From positions 3,520,001 through 3,584,000 of the forward strand of contig CBDCXR010000004.1 of the NCBI GenBank assembly GCA_965223845.1: 64,000 bases of DNA. Reading direction: 5' to 3'. Source of the DNA: Planctomycetota bacterium. GTDB taxonomy: Bacteria > Planctomycetota > UBA8108 > SXIK01. Below are positions 48,661-57,800 of this stretch, piece by piece (position 1 is the stretch's first letter; every line of letters starts with the position of its first letter). Both the position numbers and the translations under genes were made by a program. The notes under the pieces were generated by a model that did no database searches, had not been told where the DNA came from, and saw nothing but the letters and a program-made list of their open reading frames with translations.

Positions 48661-50193
48661 ATGAATCGATCGACAACGCGATGGACGAACTCTCAGGCGA
48701 TGCTCGCGCTGCAACTCGCCTGCTTCCTCGCTTTCGTTCCGCTCGCACTTCGCAGCGAGGTGATCACCATCGCACACCGCGGCTCCTCCGCCGAGGCGCC
48801 GGAGAATACGCTCGCCGCGATTCGCCTCGCCGTAGCCGACGGAGCGGAAGCCTGCGAGTTCGACGTCTACCGCACGGCAGACGGAGAGCTCGTCCTTTTT
48901 CACGACGAGGAACTCGAGCGAACGAGCGATTTCGCAACCGTATTCGGCGGCGCGGGGGAAACGCGCACGAAGATCGAGGAGTTCACACTCGCCGAGCTCC
49001 GGCGGCTCGACGTCGGTTCGTGGAAAGACGCGCGCTTCGCCGGGGAGCGCATCCCGACGCTCGCCGAAGCGCTCCGGGCGATGCGGGGTGCAATTACCCC
49101 GGTGATCGAAATCAAACCCGCCGACATCGGACGCGACGTCGCACGCGTGATCTCAGAGGAGAACGCCGCGGGCGAGGTGTTCGTTCAAAGCTTCGAAGAC
49201 AAAGCCATCCGGGACGTACGAGCGGAGCTCGCAGGAGTTCCGACGGGGCTCCTCATCGGCGGCGAGCCGGAAGGGAGCTCGACGGAGCGCGCGCGGGACT
49301 TCGTTCGTCGCGCGCGCGAGGCCGGAGCGAGCGCAGTCGTGTGCAGCCACAAGCACGTCGACCGCGACTTTGCGTGGGCGATCCGGCGGCGCGGCATGGC
49401 GCTCTGGGTGTACACGGTGAACGATCCCAAGGACATGCGCCGTCTCGAAGCCCACGGTGTCGAGGGAATCATTACGGACGAGCCCGCGCTCCATCTCCGC
49501 GTGCGCTTTCCACCTCGAGAGCTCCCGACGAGCACGCTCGCGATCGCCGCGGGGACGACGAGCGTCACGGAGCTCGCGCGCGCCTACGCGTCGCTTCGGG
49601 GGCTTCCTCTCCTCAGCGAGCTCGACCCTGAGCGTCGGCGCGCGGCCGAGATCCGCATCCCCGCTCCGATGCCCGACGCGGACGCGGAAATCATCCGCCA
49701 TCTTCTCGAGGCGAACGGCTTTCGCCTGAGGACGAAGGTGCTCCCGAACGGGCGGCGCAGCGTCGTGCTCGCCGACGCCCGCGCGACGGACTCGGCTCGC
49801 GCGCTCGAACCGCTGCCCGTCGTCGAAGAGACCGGGCGGCCGCCGCGCCCGAGTCGCCGCCCCACCGCCGGCTTGGGCGCCGCGCCGGATGCGCCGTCCG
49901 ACGTCGTCAAAGCCTTCGGCATTCGATGGACTTCCGTCCCGCCCGCGCTCGCGGCCCATCTGAGACTTCGTGCGGGAGCCGGCGCAGTGGTCGATGCGAT
50001 CGACGACGATCAGCGCGCCCGCCTAGCGCGTGCCCTCGAACCCTACGACATCGTCACCACCGTCGGATCCACCCAGATCAAAGGCCCGACGAGCCTCGTC
50101 GATCGACTCAACGCCCCGAGACGGGCTCAGGAGCGAAGAGAATTGCGAGTCATCCGCAAGGGTCGAACCCTGATCATTCCGATCCGCGAGTAG
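48661..50193 (+). CDS. Glycerophosphodiester phosphodiesterase with C-terminal N0-like and PDZ-like extension
   Basis: Signal peptide; IAHRG...PENTL, EFDV, HD, IEIK, QSF, VYTVND, GIITDEP; about 230 extra C-terminal residues. Confidence 0.88.
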   Translation: MNRSTTRWTNSQAMLALQLACFLAFVPLALRSEVITIAHRGSSAEAPENTLAAIRLAVADGAEACEFDVYRTADGELVLFHDEELERTSDFATVFGGAGETRTKIEEFTLAELRRLDVGSWKDARFAGERIPTLAEALRAMRGAITPVIEIKPADIGRDVARVISEENAAGEVFVQSFEDKAIRDVRAELAGVPTGLLIGGEPEGSSTERARDFVRRAREAGASAVVCSHKHVDRDFAWAIRRRGMALWVYTVNDPKDMRRLEAHGVEGIITDEPALHLRVRFPPRELPTSTLAIAAGTTSVTELARAYASLRGLPLLSELDPERRRAAEIRIPAPMPDADAEIIRHLLEANGFRLRTKVLPNGRRSVVLADARATDSARALEPLPVVEETGRPPRPSRRPTAGLGAAPDAPSDVVKAFGIRWTSVPPALAAHLRLRAGAGAVVDAIDDDQRARLARALEPYDIVTTVGSTQIKGPTSLVDRLNAPRRAQERRELRVIRKGRTLIIPIRE

Positions 50194-50245
50194 GATCGTC
50201 ACTCCCCCTTACAACCGCGCCCTCTTCAATCAATTTCTTCCCTTC

Positions 50246-50749
50246 TCACTCCATTCTCTTCACTTCGTCTCCCTTCGCGACCCTTCGCGCACTTCGTGTG
50301 CGATTCTCCTCTTCCTCTTTCTCTCCCTCTTCCGCCCCGAACTCCCCCACCCGCGGCGGACAAAACGAAAGATCGAACGCCACCCAGAAGAGCCGCGCGT
50401 ACCGGAAGAACCACGCGGGGAACAGAACGGCAACCGCGACGAGCCACGGCCATTGCTCACTCAGGGGGACGCCGAACCCATCGGCGCGCACGAGGAAGAT
50501 CGCCGTCAGCAGCCCGGCCGTAGCGCCGTAGTGAAAGTAGAGCGACCCGGTGAAGTAGCCGTACTCGCGCTGGTAGCGAAACCCGCACGCCGGACAGCGT
50601 TCACGCATCCGAAACCAGCCGCGAAACGGTCGACCCTCCGTGCAGACGGGGCACCGCACCCGCAGCGCCGCCCAAAACCGCGAGCGCGGCGGCACGCGCT
50701 CGCGACCGAAGCGTTCCGCCGGACTCTCGACCGGTTCCAGGGATTCCAT
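50246..50749 (-). CDS. DUF983 domain protein
   Basis: RCPVCTEGRPF...CPACGFRYQREYGYFTG, two TM helices. Confidence 0.85.
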   Translation of the reverse strand: MESLEPVESPAERFGRERVPPRSRFWAALRVRCPVCTEGRPFRGWFRMRERCPACGFRYQREYGYFTGSLYFHYGATAGLLTAIFLVRADGFGVPLSEQWPWLVAVAVLFPAWFFRYARLFWVAFDLSFCPPRVGEFGAEEGEKEEEENRTRSARRVAKGDEVKRME

Positions 50750-50799
50750 GGCGCGATGTCCGAGTCAGCGACCGGCCAACTTCGAGCTTCGGGGCCGCA

Positions 50800-51384
50800 T
50801 CACTCGACGGAGATGGTGCACTCTGCCATCGCGAGCGGCTCGCTCGTCGCGCCGCTCGGACTGCCGACTTTCTCGAGCGCCTTCAGCGTCTCTTCGCCGT
50901 CGACGACTTCGCCGAAAATGCTGTGCTTTCCGTCGAGCCAGTCCGTCGGAACGAACGTGAGGAAGAACTGACTTCCGTCCGTCCCGGGTCCCGCGTTCGC
51001 CATACTGAGAAGTCCCGGGCGATCGTGACGGACGCTCGGGCTGAACTCACCGTCGTACTGATATCCCGGGCCGCCCGTCCCGTTTCCGCGCGGGCACCCG
51101 CCCTGCGCCATGAAGCCCGGAATGACGCGATGGAAACTCAGTCCGTCGTAGAAGCCGAGCAGCGTGAGGTAGATCGTACTCGACACGTGCATCGGGGCGA
51201 CATCCGGCCGGAGACGGACCTTGATCGCCCCCTTGTTCGTCTCGATGTTCCAGTAGTAGGTCTTGCTCGCGTCGAATTCGACCTCGGGCGGCCGATCGAG
51301 CAGGGTCTTCCAGCCGGTCTTGCTTTTGTCGATGCCAGATTTTTCGATGAATTCGGACAGAGCCGCGACGGCGGAGTCGGTCAT
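50800..51384 (-). CDS. Cyclophilin-type peptidyl-prolyl isomerase, cytoplasmic
   Basis: [44 protein letters not shown]. Confidence 0.96.
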   Translation of the reverse strand: MTDSAVAALSEFIEKSGIDKSKTGWKTLLDRPPEVEFDASKTYYWNIETNKGAIKVRLRPDVAPMHVSSTIYLTLLGFYDGLSFHRVIPGFMAQGGCPRGNGTGGPGYQYDGEFSPSVRHDRPGLLSMANAGPGTDGSQFFLTFVPTDWLDGKHSIFGEVVDGEETLKALEKVGSPSGATSEPLAMAECTISVE

Positions 51385-51409
51385 GCGGTCGTCTTTCTCT
51401 CGATCGGGA

Positions 51410-52465
51410 TTACTCGGCGAGGATGCGAGCCGACTTCACGTAGTCGAGTCGCGGGAAATCTTGCTTCAGGTAGTCGTTCCCCTGCATTTGAATCCGCCCC
51501 TGGTTCGGCCCGCGTCCGCGTGGCGCTCCTTCGCCGTAGCCGCTGTAGAGCGCGTCGACGACCTTCATTCCTTCGGCGTCGACCGTGCCGATCGGAGCGA
51601 ACCCCATCCGATCGAGATTCGAGTTGTTCCCGAAGTTGATGAAGATCTGCGTCGAACGCGAGTTGGGAAGTCCGGTCTTCGCGAACGTAACGAATCCACG
51701 CAGATTGGACTTCTTCACGGGATCATCCGGAATATTGGCTTCACGCCAGCTCGCCATCACTTTCGGGTCGCCATTGATTCCGATTTGCGCCATGAACCCG
51801 CTGATCACTCGAAAGAAGCGAGTCTCGTCATAGAAGCCACTCCGCACGAGGTTGTAGAACCGGTCGGCTCCGTTCGGAGACCAATCGCGACGCACGTCGA
51901 CGACAAAGGCGCCCTTCGAGGTGTCGAACCGGGCCTTGAAGGTGTCGGGCGCCTTCTCCTTCGCTTTCGACGGGTCGAGGAGACCCGCGCGGTTCACCTC
52001 GAGCGTCTTGGGTAGATTCGCGTCCACCGCTTCCTTGGCTTCGTCCGCGGCGCCCGCGACCTCCTCCTTCGCCGCGTCTGCCGCCCCGTCGACTGCTTCC
52101 TTGGCCGCGTCCGCGGCACCGGCGACCTCCTCCTTCGCCGCATCCGCGGCGCCGGCTACGTCTTCCTTCACAGCGTCCGGGGTCGTAGCGGCACCTTCCT
52201 TCGCGGCGTTCGACGCATCCGCGGCCGCCGCGATGCTTTCGCCCGCGGAGCTCTCCGCTGCCGTCGCGGTGTCCTTCGCCGGATCGGCTGACGTCGACGC
52301 CGTCACCGAGGCGTCTCCACTCGGCTCGGGTGGAGTCTCGCCGGTCGGCGCGACGGGACTATTCGACGGCTGGCAGCCGAACGCCAGCACGCTACCGAGG
52401 AGCGCGGTGAGTAGACACCAAGTACCGGATGGAGACGGGGTGGATCGCTTCTTCATCATGATCAT
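51410..52465 (-). CDS. Cyclophilin-type peptidyl-prolyl isomerase lipoprotein with Ala-rich repeat linker
   Basis: Lipobox LAFGC; [40 protein letters not shown]; start among ATGs 52465/52459/52456. Confidence 0.92.
   Translation of the reverse strand: MIMMKKRSTPSPSGTWCLLTALLGSVLAFGCQPSNSPVAPTGETPPEPSGDASVTASTSADPAKDTATAAESSAGESIAAAADASNAAKEGAATTPDAVKEDVAGAADAAKEEVAGAADAAKEAVDGAADAAKEEVAGAADEAKEAVDANLPKTLEVNRAGLLDPSKAKEKAPDTFKARFDTSKGAFVVDVRRDWSPNGADRFYNLVRSGFYDETRFFRVISGFMAQIGINGDPKVMASWREANIPDDPVKKSNLRGFVTFAKTGLPNSRSTQIFINFGNNSNLDRMGFAPIGTVDAEGMKVVDALYSGYGEGAPRGRGPNQGRIQMQGNDYLKQDFPRLDYVKSARILAE
52022..52175 (-). repeat. 33-bp (11-aa) coding tandem repeat, about 4.5 copies
   Basis: [49 protein letters not shown]. 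Confidence 0.9.
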
Positions 52466-52560
52466 CGTCCGGAAAACGCCGTCGAATATCGTGCACCGCC
52501 CCCGCCGGGGCAGCTTTCTGAAGCGCCCATTCTGTGAAGAGCCGGATCGGGATGCAAGCG

Positions 52561-55500
52561 CTAGCGCTGAACGGTCCCCGCGCGCAGCGCGGCGCGATAG
52601 AGATCCCGGTACCGGAGCGCGGAACCGCCCCACGAGTGGTCCCGCGTCATGGCGCGCGTGACGATCCCGCCCCACCGTTCGCGATTCGCGTAAGCGCGGA
52701 TGGCGCGCTCCACGGCGTCGAAGAGCGCATCCGCGCTGTAATCGCTGAACGCGAATCCGACTCCCGATCCCGCGTGGACGTCGTCGTCGTCGACGGTGTC
52801 GGCGAGCCCGCCGGTCGCTCGGACGATCGGGATCGTCCCGTAGCGTAAGCTGTACATTTGATTGAGCCCGCACGGTTCGTAGAGGGACGGCATGAGAAAG
52901 AGATCCGAGCCCCCTTCGATCAAGTGGGCGAGGCCGTTGTCGAACTTGATCAGGGCCGCCACCTGACCCGCGTAGCGAGTGGCCGCGTCGCGAAAGAAGT
53001 CCTCGTACTTGCGGAGCCCCGTGCCGAGGACGATCACCGACGGTCCGAGCTCGAGGATCCGCTCGAGCTCTTCGTGAACGAGATCGAAGCCTTTCTGGTC
53101 GACGAGCCGCGAGATGATTCCGATGAGCGGCGCATCGAGTCGCGCGGGATCGAGATCGCCGAGCTCGAACAGTCGCTTTTTCGCGAGGAGCTTACCGGCG
53201 AGATCGTCTGCGGTGAACGGCGCCGGAAGGTGCTCATCGCCACCGGGATTCCACTCGTCGATGTCGATTCCGTTCAGGATTCCACTGAAGTCGCGCGTGC
53301 GCGATCGCAGCACGCCTCCGAGTCCGGCTCCGAGATCCTCGTCTTCGCAGATCTCGCGCGCGTAGTTCTCGCTCACCGTGTTCACCTTGTCGGCGAAGCT
53401 GATTCCGACCTTCATGAAGTTGACGGAACCGTAGTGCTCGAACGGTTGACCGGGAGCGAACTGGGACCGCCCGAACCCGCACACATCGAGAATCTCGGGT
53501 GGGTAGACGCCTTGATAGCCGAGGTTGTGCAGCGTGTAGACGGTCGCCGCGCCGCCGAGGATCGGATCATCGGGATAGTGGAGCTTTACGTAGGCGGACG
53601 CTAGCGCGGTCTGGTGATCGTGACTGTGGACGACGTCGACCCGCTCGCCGAGTGCACGCAAGGCCTCGAGGCAAGCGCGCGTGAAGAACACGAAACGCTC
53701 GCCGGAATCCGGATACTCCTCGCCCGTTTCGGGATCGACGTAGACGCCGTCGCGATCGAAGTACTCGTCGTTTTCGACGAGCAAGACGCGGACGCCCGTC
53801 GCGGGACTCCGCGCCTCGGAGAGTCGGAAGGCGACCGACCGCGCGCCCACCTGCGTCCACAGCCCGTCGAGGAGCGGTTGGACGCCAAACTTGCCGCGGT
53901 CGATTGTACGAAAACCCGGTATGAGGACGGTCGTCCGCAGTCCCCACTCGCCGAGAGCCGGAGGCAGCGCAGCGACGACATCGGCGAGCCCGCCCACCTT
54001 GACGTAGGGGGCGGCCTCAGCACTCAGGAACGCGACGTGACGCGGTGCGCTAACGAGAATGTCGGCTCCGCGCGAGTGATCTCCGGCGAAGACGTCCGAG
54101 TCGAGGCGCGGAAACAGATTGTTCTTTCGCTCGAGCCGCTCGAGCAGCTCGAGGTCGGTCCCCGAAGAGCCTGCGCCGGCGCCGCGAACACCGGCGGTGA
54201 GCTGCCGGAACGCATCGAGGTGTTGCGTGACCCGACTCCGGGCGAATTCCGTCGCGGTTTCGTTTCGGAGAATGAACGCCCAGTCGCTCGATTGCGCGAG
54301 CATCAACTCGCGGCCGGCTTGGGCGAGGACTCGCCGCCTGAGGTCGTCCCCCGCGTGTCCAGCGCGCGCGAGTCGCGTCATCTCGCTGCCCGCGGCGAGC
54401 AGCTCCGGCACGATCCAGTCGTTCGTTTCGTTGAGCCAGACTTGATTGTAGCCGCCGTCGCCCCAACTCGAAGCGGACGGAGTCGTCACTTGGGCATCCG
54501 AGTACTCGGCGAGATACTCGGACGGCGTCGCCGTCTTGAGCTCGCCTTGATCGAACGCGATCTTCCGCAATAAGAAGTTGATCCAATCCGGCCCCTCGAA
54601 CCACCAGTGCCCGAAGAGCTCTGCGTCGTAGGGAGCGAGGATGATCGGCCGGCGCTCCATGTGCTCGGTGAGCCACGCGAGCTGCTCTCGTCGCCACCGA
54701 AGAAAGGTGTCGGCGTGCTCGGCCGCTTGCTGCATGGCACGCGCGCGAACGTAGACCTCTTTTTCATCGGATCCCGTCACGCGGTGATACTTGATCCCCG
54801 TCTGGATTCGCATCCCGTCGGGACAGAGATACGGACCGACCGTTTCGAGCGGGAGATCGAAGCCGATGTCTCGGTAAAACTCGCGGTAATCCGGCGCGCC
54901 GGGAAATCCCTCCTCGACGCTCCAGACCTGTTTGGCGCACTCCGGATCGCGGGCGAACGCCGCGACGCCGGATGGACAGACAATCGGGGCGTAGACACCG
55001 TAGTGCGGCCGGTCACTCCCGTGGAGGACGCCGTGGCTCTCGAGAAAGAAAAACCGGAGCCCGTGCTCAGCGAGTACGTCGTCGAGTCCGGGGTAGTACC
55101 CGCACTCCGGAAGCCAGATCCCCTCCGGCGCGCGCCCGAATCGCTCACGGTAAGCATCGACGGCGACTCGAATCTGCGCTCCGACACTCGACGGCTCGTG
55201 GCGAAGGAGCGGCAGATAGCCGTGTGTCGCGGCGGACGTGAGAATTTCGATGCGCCCCATCTCCTGGAGCCGCGCGAACGCCCCGACGAGATCACGCTGA
55301 CAGCGCACGCGATAGAACTCGTCGAGTGCGCGAAAGCGATCGACGTAGAACTGCGCGACCTCGGCGAGCTCGGGCTCGCTCCGGAGTCGCCGCGTCTCCT
55401 TCTCGGCGAGCTCGATGAGTTCTCCCAGGCGACGCTCGCACCGATCACGGAGAAGCTCGTCGTCGAGCATCGCGATGAGCGTCGGCGTCAGAGTGAACGT

Positions 55501-55683
55501 CAGTCGGAAGTCGACGCCGTCCCGGACGAGGTTTTCGAGGCTGACGAGGAGAGGGAGATAGGTTTCGACGACCGCTTCGTAGAGCCAGTACTCCTCGAGG
55601 AAGCGATCGTGCTCGGGCTCGCGAATGAACGGCAGGTGGGCGTGCAGCACCATCGTGAAATAGCCCTGCGCGTTCGAAGCCAT
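52561..55683 (-). CDS. Fused GH57 1,4-alpha-glucan branching enzyme (DUF1957) + GT5 glycogen synthase
   Basis: Residues ~1-532: HAHLP, ATHGYLP, WLPEC, PYDAELFGHWWFEG, AQSSDW. Residues ~549-1040: KVGGLADV, HSHDHQ, TLHN, GILNGID, SRLVDQKG, PSLYEPCGL, TGGLADT. One frame; AAGGAG SD. Confidence 0.93.
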   Translation of the reverse strand: MASNAQGYFTMVLHAHLPFIREPEHDRFLEEYWLYEAVVETYLPLLVSLENLVRDGVDFRLTFTLTPTLIAMLDDELLRDRCERRLGELIELAEKETRRLRSEPELAEVAQFYVDRFRALDEFYRVRCQRDLVGAFARLQEMGRIEILTSAATHGYLPLLRHEPSSVGAQIRVAVDAYRERFGRAPEGIWLPECGYYPGLDDVLAEHGLRFFFLESHGVLHGSDRPHYGVYAPIVCPSGVAAFARDPECAKQVWSVEEGFPGAPDYREFYRDIGFDLPLETVGPYLCPDGMRIQTGIKYHRVTGSDEKEVYVRARAMQQAAEHADTFLRWRREQLAWLTEHMERRPIILAPYDAELFGHWWFEGPDWINFLLRKIAFDQGELKTATPSEYLAEYSDAQVTTPSASSWGDGGYNQVWLNETNDWIVPELLAAGSEMTRLARAGHAGDDLRRRVLAQAGRELMLAQSSDWAFILRNETATEFARSRVTQHLDAFRQLTAGVRGAGAGSSGTDLELLERLERKNNLFPRLDSDVFAGDHSRGADILVSAPRHVAFLSAEAAPYVKVGGLADVVAALPPALGEWGLRTTVLIPGFRTIDRGKFGVQPLLDGLWTQVGARSVAFRLSEARSPATGVRVLLVENDEYFDRDGVYVDPETGEEYPDSGERFVFFTRACLEALRALGERVDVVHSHDHQTALASAYVKLHYPDDPILGGAATVYTLHNLGYQGVYPPEILDVCGFGRSQFAPGQPFEHYGSVNFMKVGISFADKVNTVSENYAREICEDEDLGAGLGGVLRSRTRDFSGILNGIDIDEWNPGGDEHLPAPFTADDLAGKLLAKKRLFELGDLDPARLDAPLIGIISRLVDQKGFDLVHEELERILELGPSVIVLGTGLRKYEDFFRDAATRYAGQVAALIKFDNGLAHLIEGGSDLFLMPSLYEPCGLNQMYSLRYGTIPIVRATGGLADTVDDDDVHAGSGVGFAFSDYSADALFDAVERAIRAYANRERWGGIVTRAMTRDHSWGGSALRYRDLYRAALRAGTVQR

Positions 55684-56148
55684 CCGCGTCCTCTCCTTCG
55701 TTCCTCGTCCGGGGGAACCGTCCGGCCCCGATCCGGTACTCCACCACGCTCTCGCTTCCCTCCCCCGGGCGCCCCGGCGGAGGCGCGATCCTATCCGGGC
55801 GACGGCGCGGGCGCCACGGGTCGATCGTCACCGAAGACGAGAGGACGCAAGGACGAGACGACGCAACCGCGATCCGCCTCGCTCGCTCCCTCTTCTTCGG
55901 CCGGAAACGGCTCGAGACTGAGCGAGGGATTCGTGGCGAAGGCCGCGGAGAGACGGCGACGCGTCGGACGCCTCAACTGCGTCGAGGACGGGCTCTCTCG
56001 GCCGAATGTGAGCTGCTGCTGCACCTGGCTTCCGGGCGAACTCGGGTCGTTCACCATCGCCTGAGCGCGTCGGCAACGGGAACGAGTCGACGGAATTCGG
56101 CATGCGATCCATCGACCTCGCCCCGACCACCCGACCTGCGGGTCCGGA

Positions 56149-57477
56149 CTAGCCGCGATCGATGGCGCCGAAGAACGACGGGCAGTCGCGGAGCTCGATC
56201 TCCGCGGAACGATCGTCCGTCGCGAACCGCAGCGGGACCGTGAGCTCGAACGTGCCGTCGGCGCGAACGGGAACGCGGACGCCGTGAACGACAACGTGCG
56301 CTCCCGGTGTACCGCGACCGCGGACGACGACGTTCGCCTCGACGTGCTGCGCTTCCGCCGTCGTCGACTCTCGGCGGCGCCGCCCGCCGACGGTTGAGCT
56401 CGAGAACGCGCTAGACGTCGGAAGCGAGCCCGAGCTCGGAAGATCGAGGGCGGGTGCGGTCGGGATCGTCCGCGAGCGACGTCGCTGGAGCTCCCCCGAG
56501 CTGAACTGAATGTGCTCGACTTCCGACTCCATCGACGGGATCGCCGGTGCCGAGGGTTTGGCGTTCCGATCAGAAGGCGACGCACGAAACGAGCTCGGGT
56601 CATCGATCTCCGACGCGAGCGCCGCGTCGGCGACCGGGATCCCCGGGCCGGCTAGGGGTGCCTCCGCGCGCGGGCGCGAACCGCGCGCGCGCGACGGAAG
56701 CACCGAGCCGGTGTGGTACTCGAACCGAGCGGCTTCCCTCCCCGCGGGCAGCTCCACGAGGCTCGACCATGCAACCGCGACGAAACGATCCGCGCCGCGA
56801 GCACCGAGCTCGCAGAAGATCGTCCGGCCGGGGAATCCCACCTGCACGTACTGCGAACTCTCGCTGCCGTCGACTCCGACATCGATGTAACTGCCGCCGT
56901 CCGGCTCCGACTTGCTTCCCGGACCGGCGACGTGGATCCGAAGGACGAGCGGCGCCGACGCGTCGCGGACGAACGTTCGCGCCCGCTCGAGATCGGCCGG
57001 CTCGAGCCGCCAGAACACGAACGCTTGGCGCGGATCGACCGCGACCAAACCGACGTGACTCCCGCGCGGGATCGCGCTCGCGCGAGGCGGTGGACTCGGG
57101 CACGGCGACGGCGCGCGCGCGCGTCCGACTTCCGCACGAAGTCCGGCCGGAATGCGCGGGTGGTTGCCGCTGCTCCCGGCGCTGGGAACGTCACCGTCGT
57201 CCGTCGATGCGGCGGAAACCGAGACTCGATCGGCATCGTCTGCGAGAAGCCGTGCCGTACGCTCGGTCTCTACAGCGACCGTTTTCTCTGCCTCGCTCAG
57301 AATGTCGTCGCCGGCACGAAGGAGCTCACGAAATCCCGGCAGGCGCCGAAGGGCGTTCAGAAGCTGCGCTTTCCGCATGCGCCACCGCCCCTTGATGCCG
57401 AGCGTCTTCGCCGCTTTGCGCAGCTCGGCGACGGTGCAGGCCTCGGCGTCGTGCGAGCCTTCGTGTTCGAGAGTCAT
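56149..57477 (-). CDS. DUF4912 domain protein with N-terminal Rho_N-like domain and C-terminal Ig-like domain
   Basis: TVAELRKAAKTLGIKGRWRMRKAQLLNAL; LVAVDPRQAFVFW...CELG...SSLVELP; VVRGRGTPGAHVVVHGVRVPVRADGTF. Confidence 0.82.
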   Translation of the reverse strand: MTLEHEGSHDAEACTVAELRKAAKTLGIKGRWRMRKAQLLNALRRLPGFRELLRAGDDILSEAEKTVAVETERTARLLADDADRVSVSAASTDDGDVPSAGSSGNHPRIPAGLRAEVGRARAPSPCPSPPPRASAIPRGSHVGLVAVDPRQAFVFWRLEPADLERARTFVRDASAPLVLRIHVAGPGSKSEPDGGSYIDVGVDGSESSQYVQVGFPGRTIFCELGARGADRFVAVAWSSLVELPAGREAARFEYHTGSVLPSRARGSRPRAEAPLAGPGIPVADAALASEIDDPSSFRASPSDRNAKPSAPAIPSMESEVEHIQFSSGELQRRRSRTIPTAPALDLPSSGSLPTSSAFSSSTVGGRRRRESTTAEAQHVEANVVVRGRGTPGAHVVVHGVRVPVRADGTFELTVPLRFATDDRSAEIELRDCPSFFGAIDRG

Positions 57478-57800
57478 CAGTCGGTCGCGGAGATATCGTC
57501 TTCAGTGGGCTGGAGTTCCGACGAGGTGGGGTCGATCCACCGAGAGAGTGAGCGCGGGCGACCGCCGAACGGGCGCGCGAGCCTTCCCTCGCGGTGATGT
57601 CACCCGCGAGGGCGCTCTCACGCCGGAGTGGCCGGTCTACGGGGAGCGAGACCCTGCCTGATGGCCGAGCGCGCTCCGTGAGGGCGTTCGCCTCTCTCTG
57701 CGTCGACCGGATTCGCCCTCACCTTGAGGATCGAGGCGTTCCCGGCGCCTGATCCGAGTGGTCCGGACTGCGGCGGGACGACCGGATCCGCGCGAGACGA

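Noticed and set aside
52022-52175. CRISPR-like periodicity
   Set aside because: In-frame 33-bp coding repeat without unique spacers; no cas genes.
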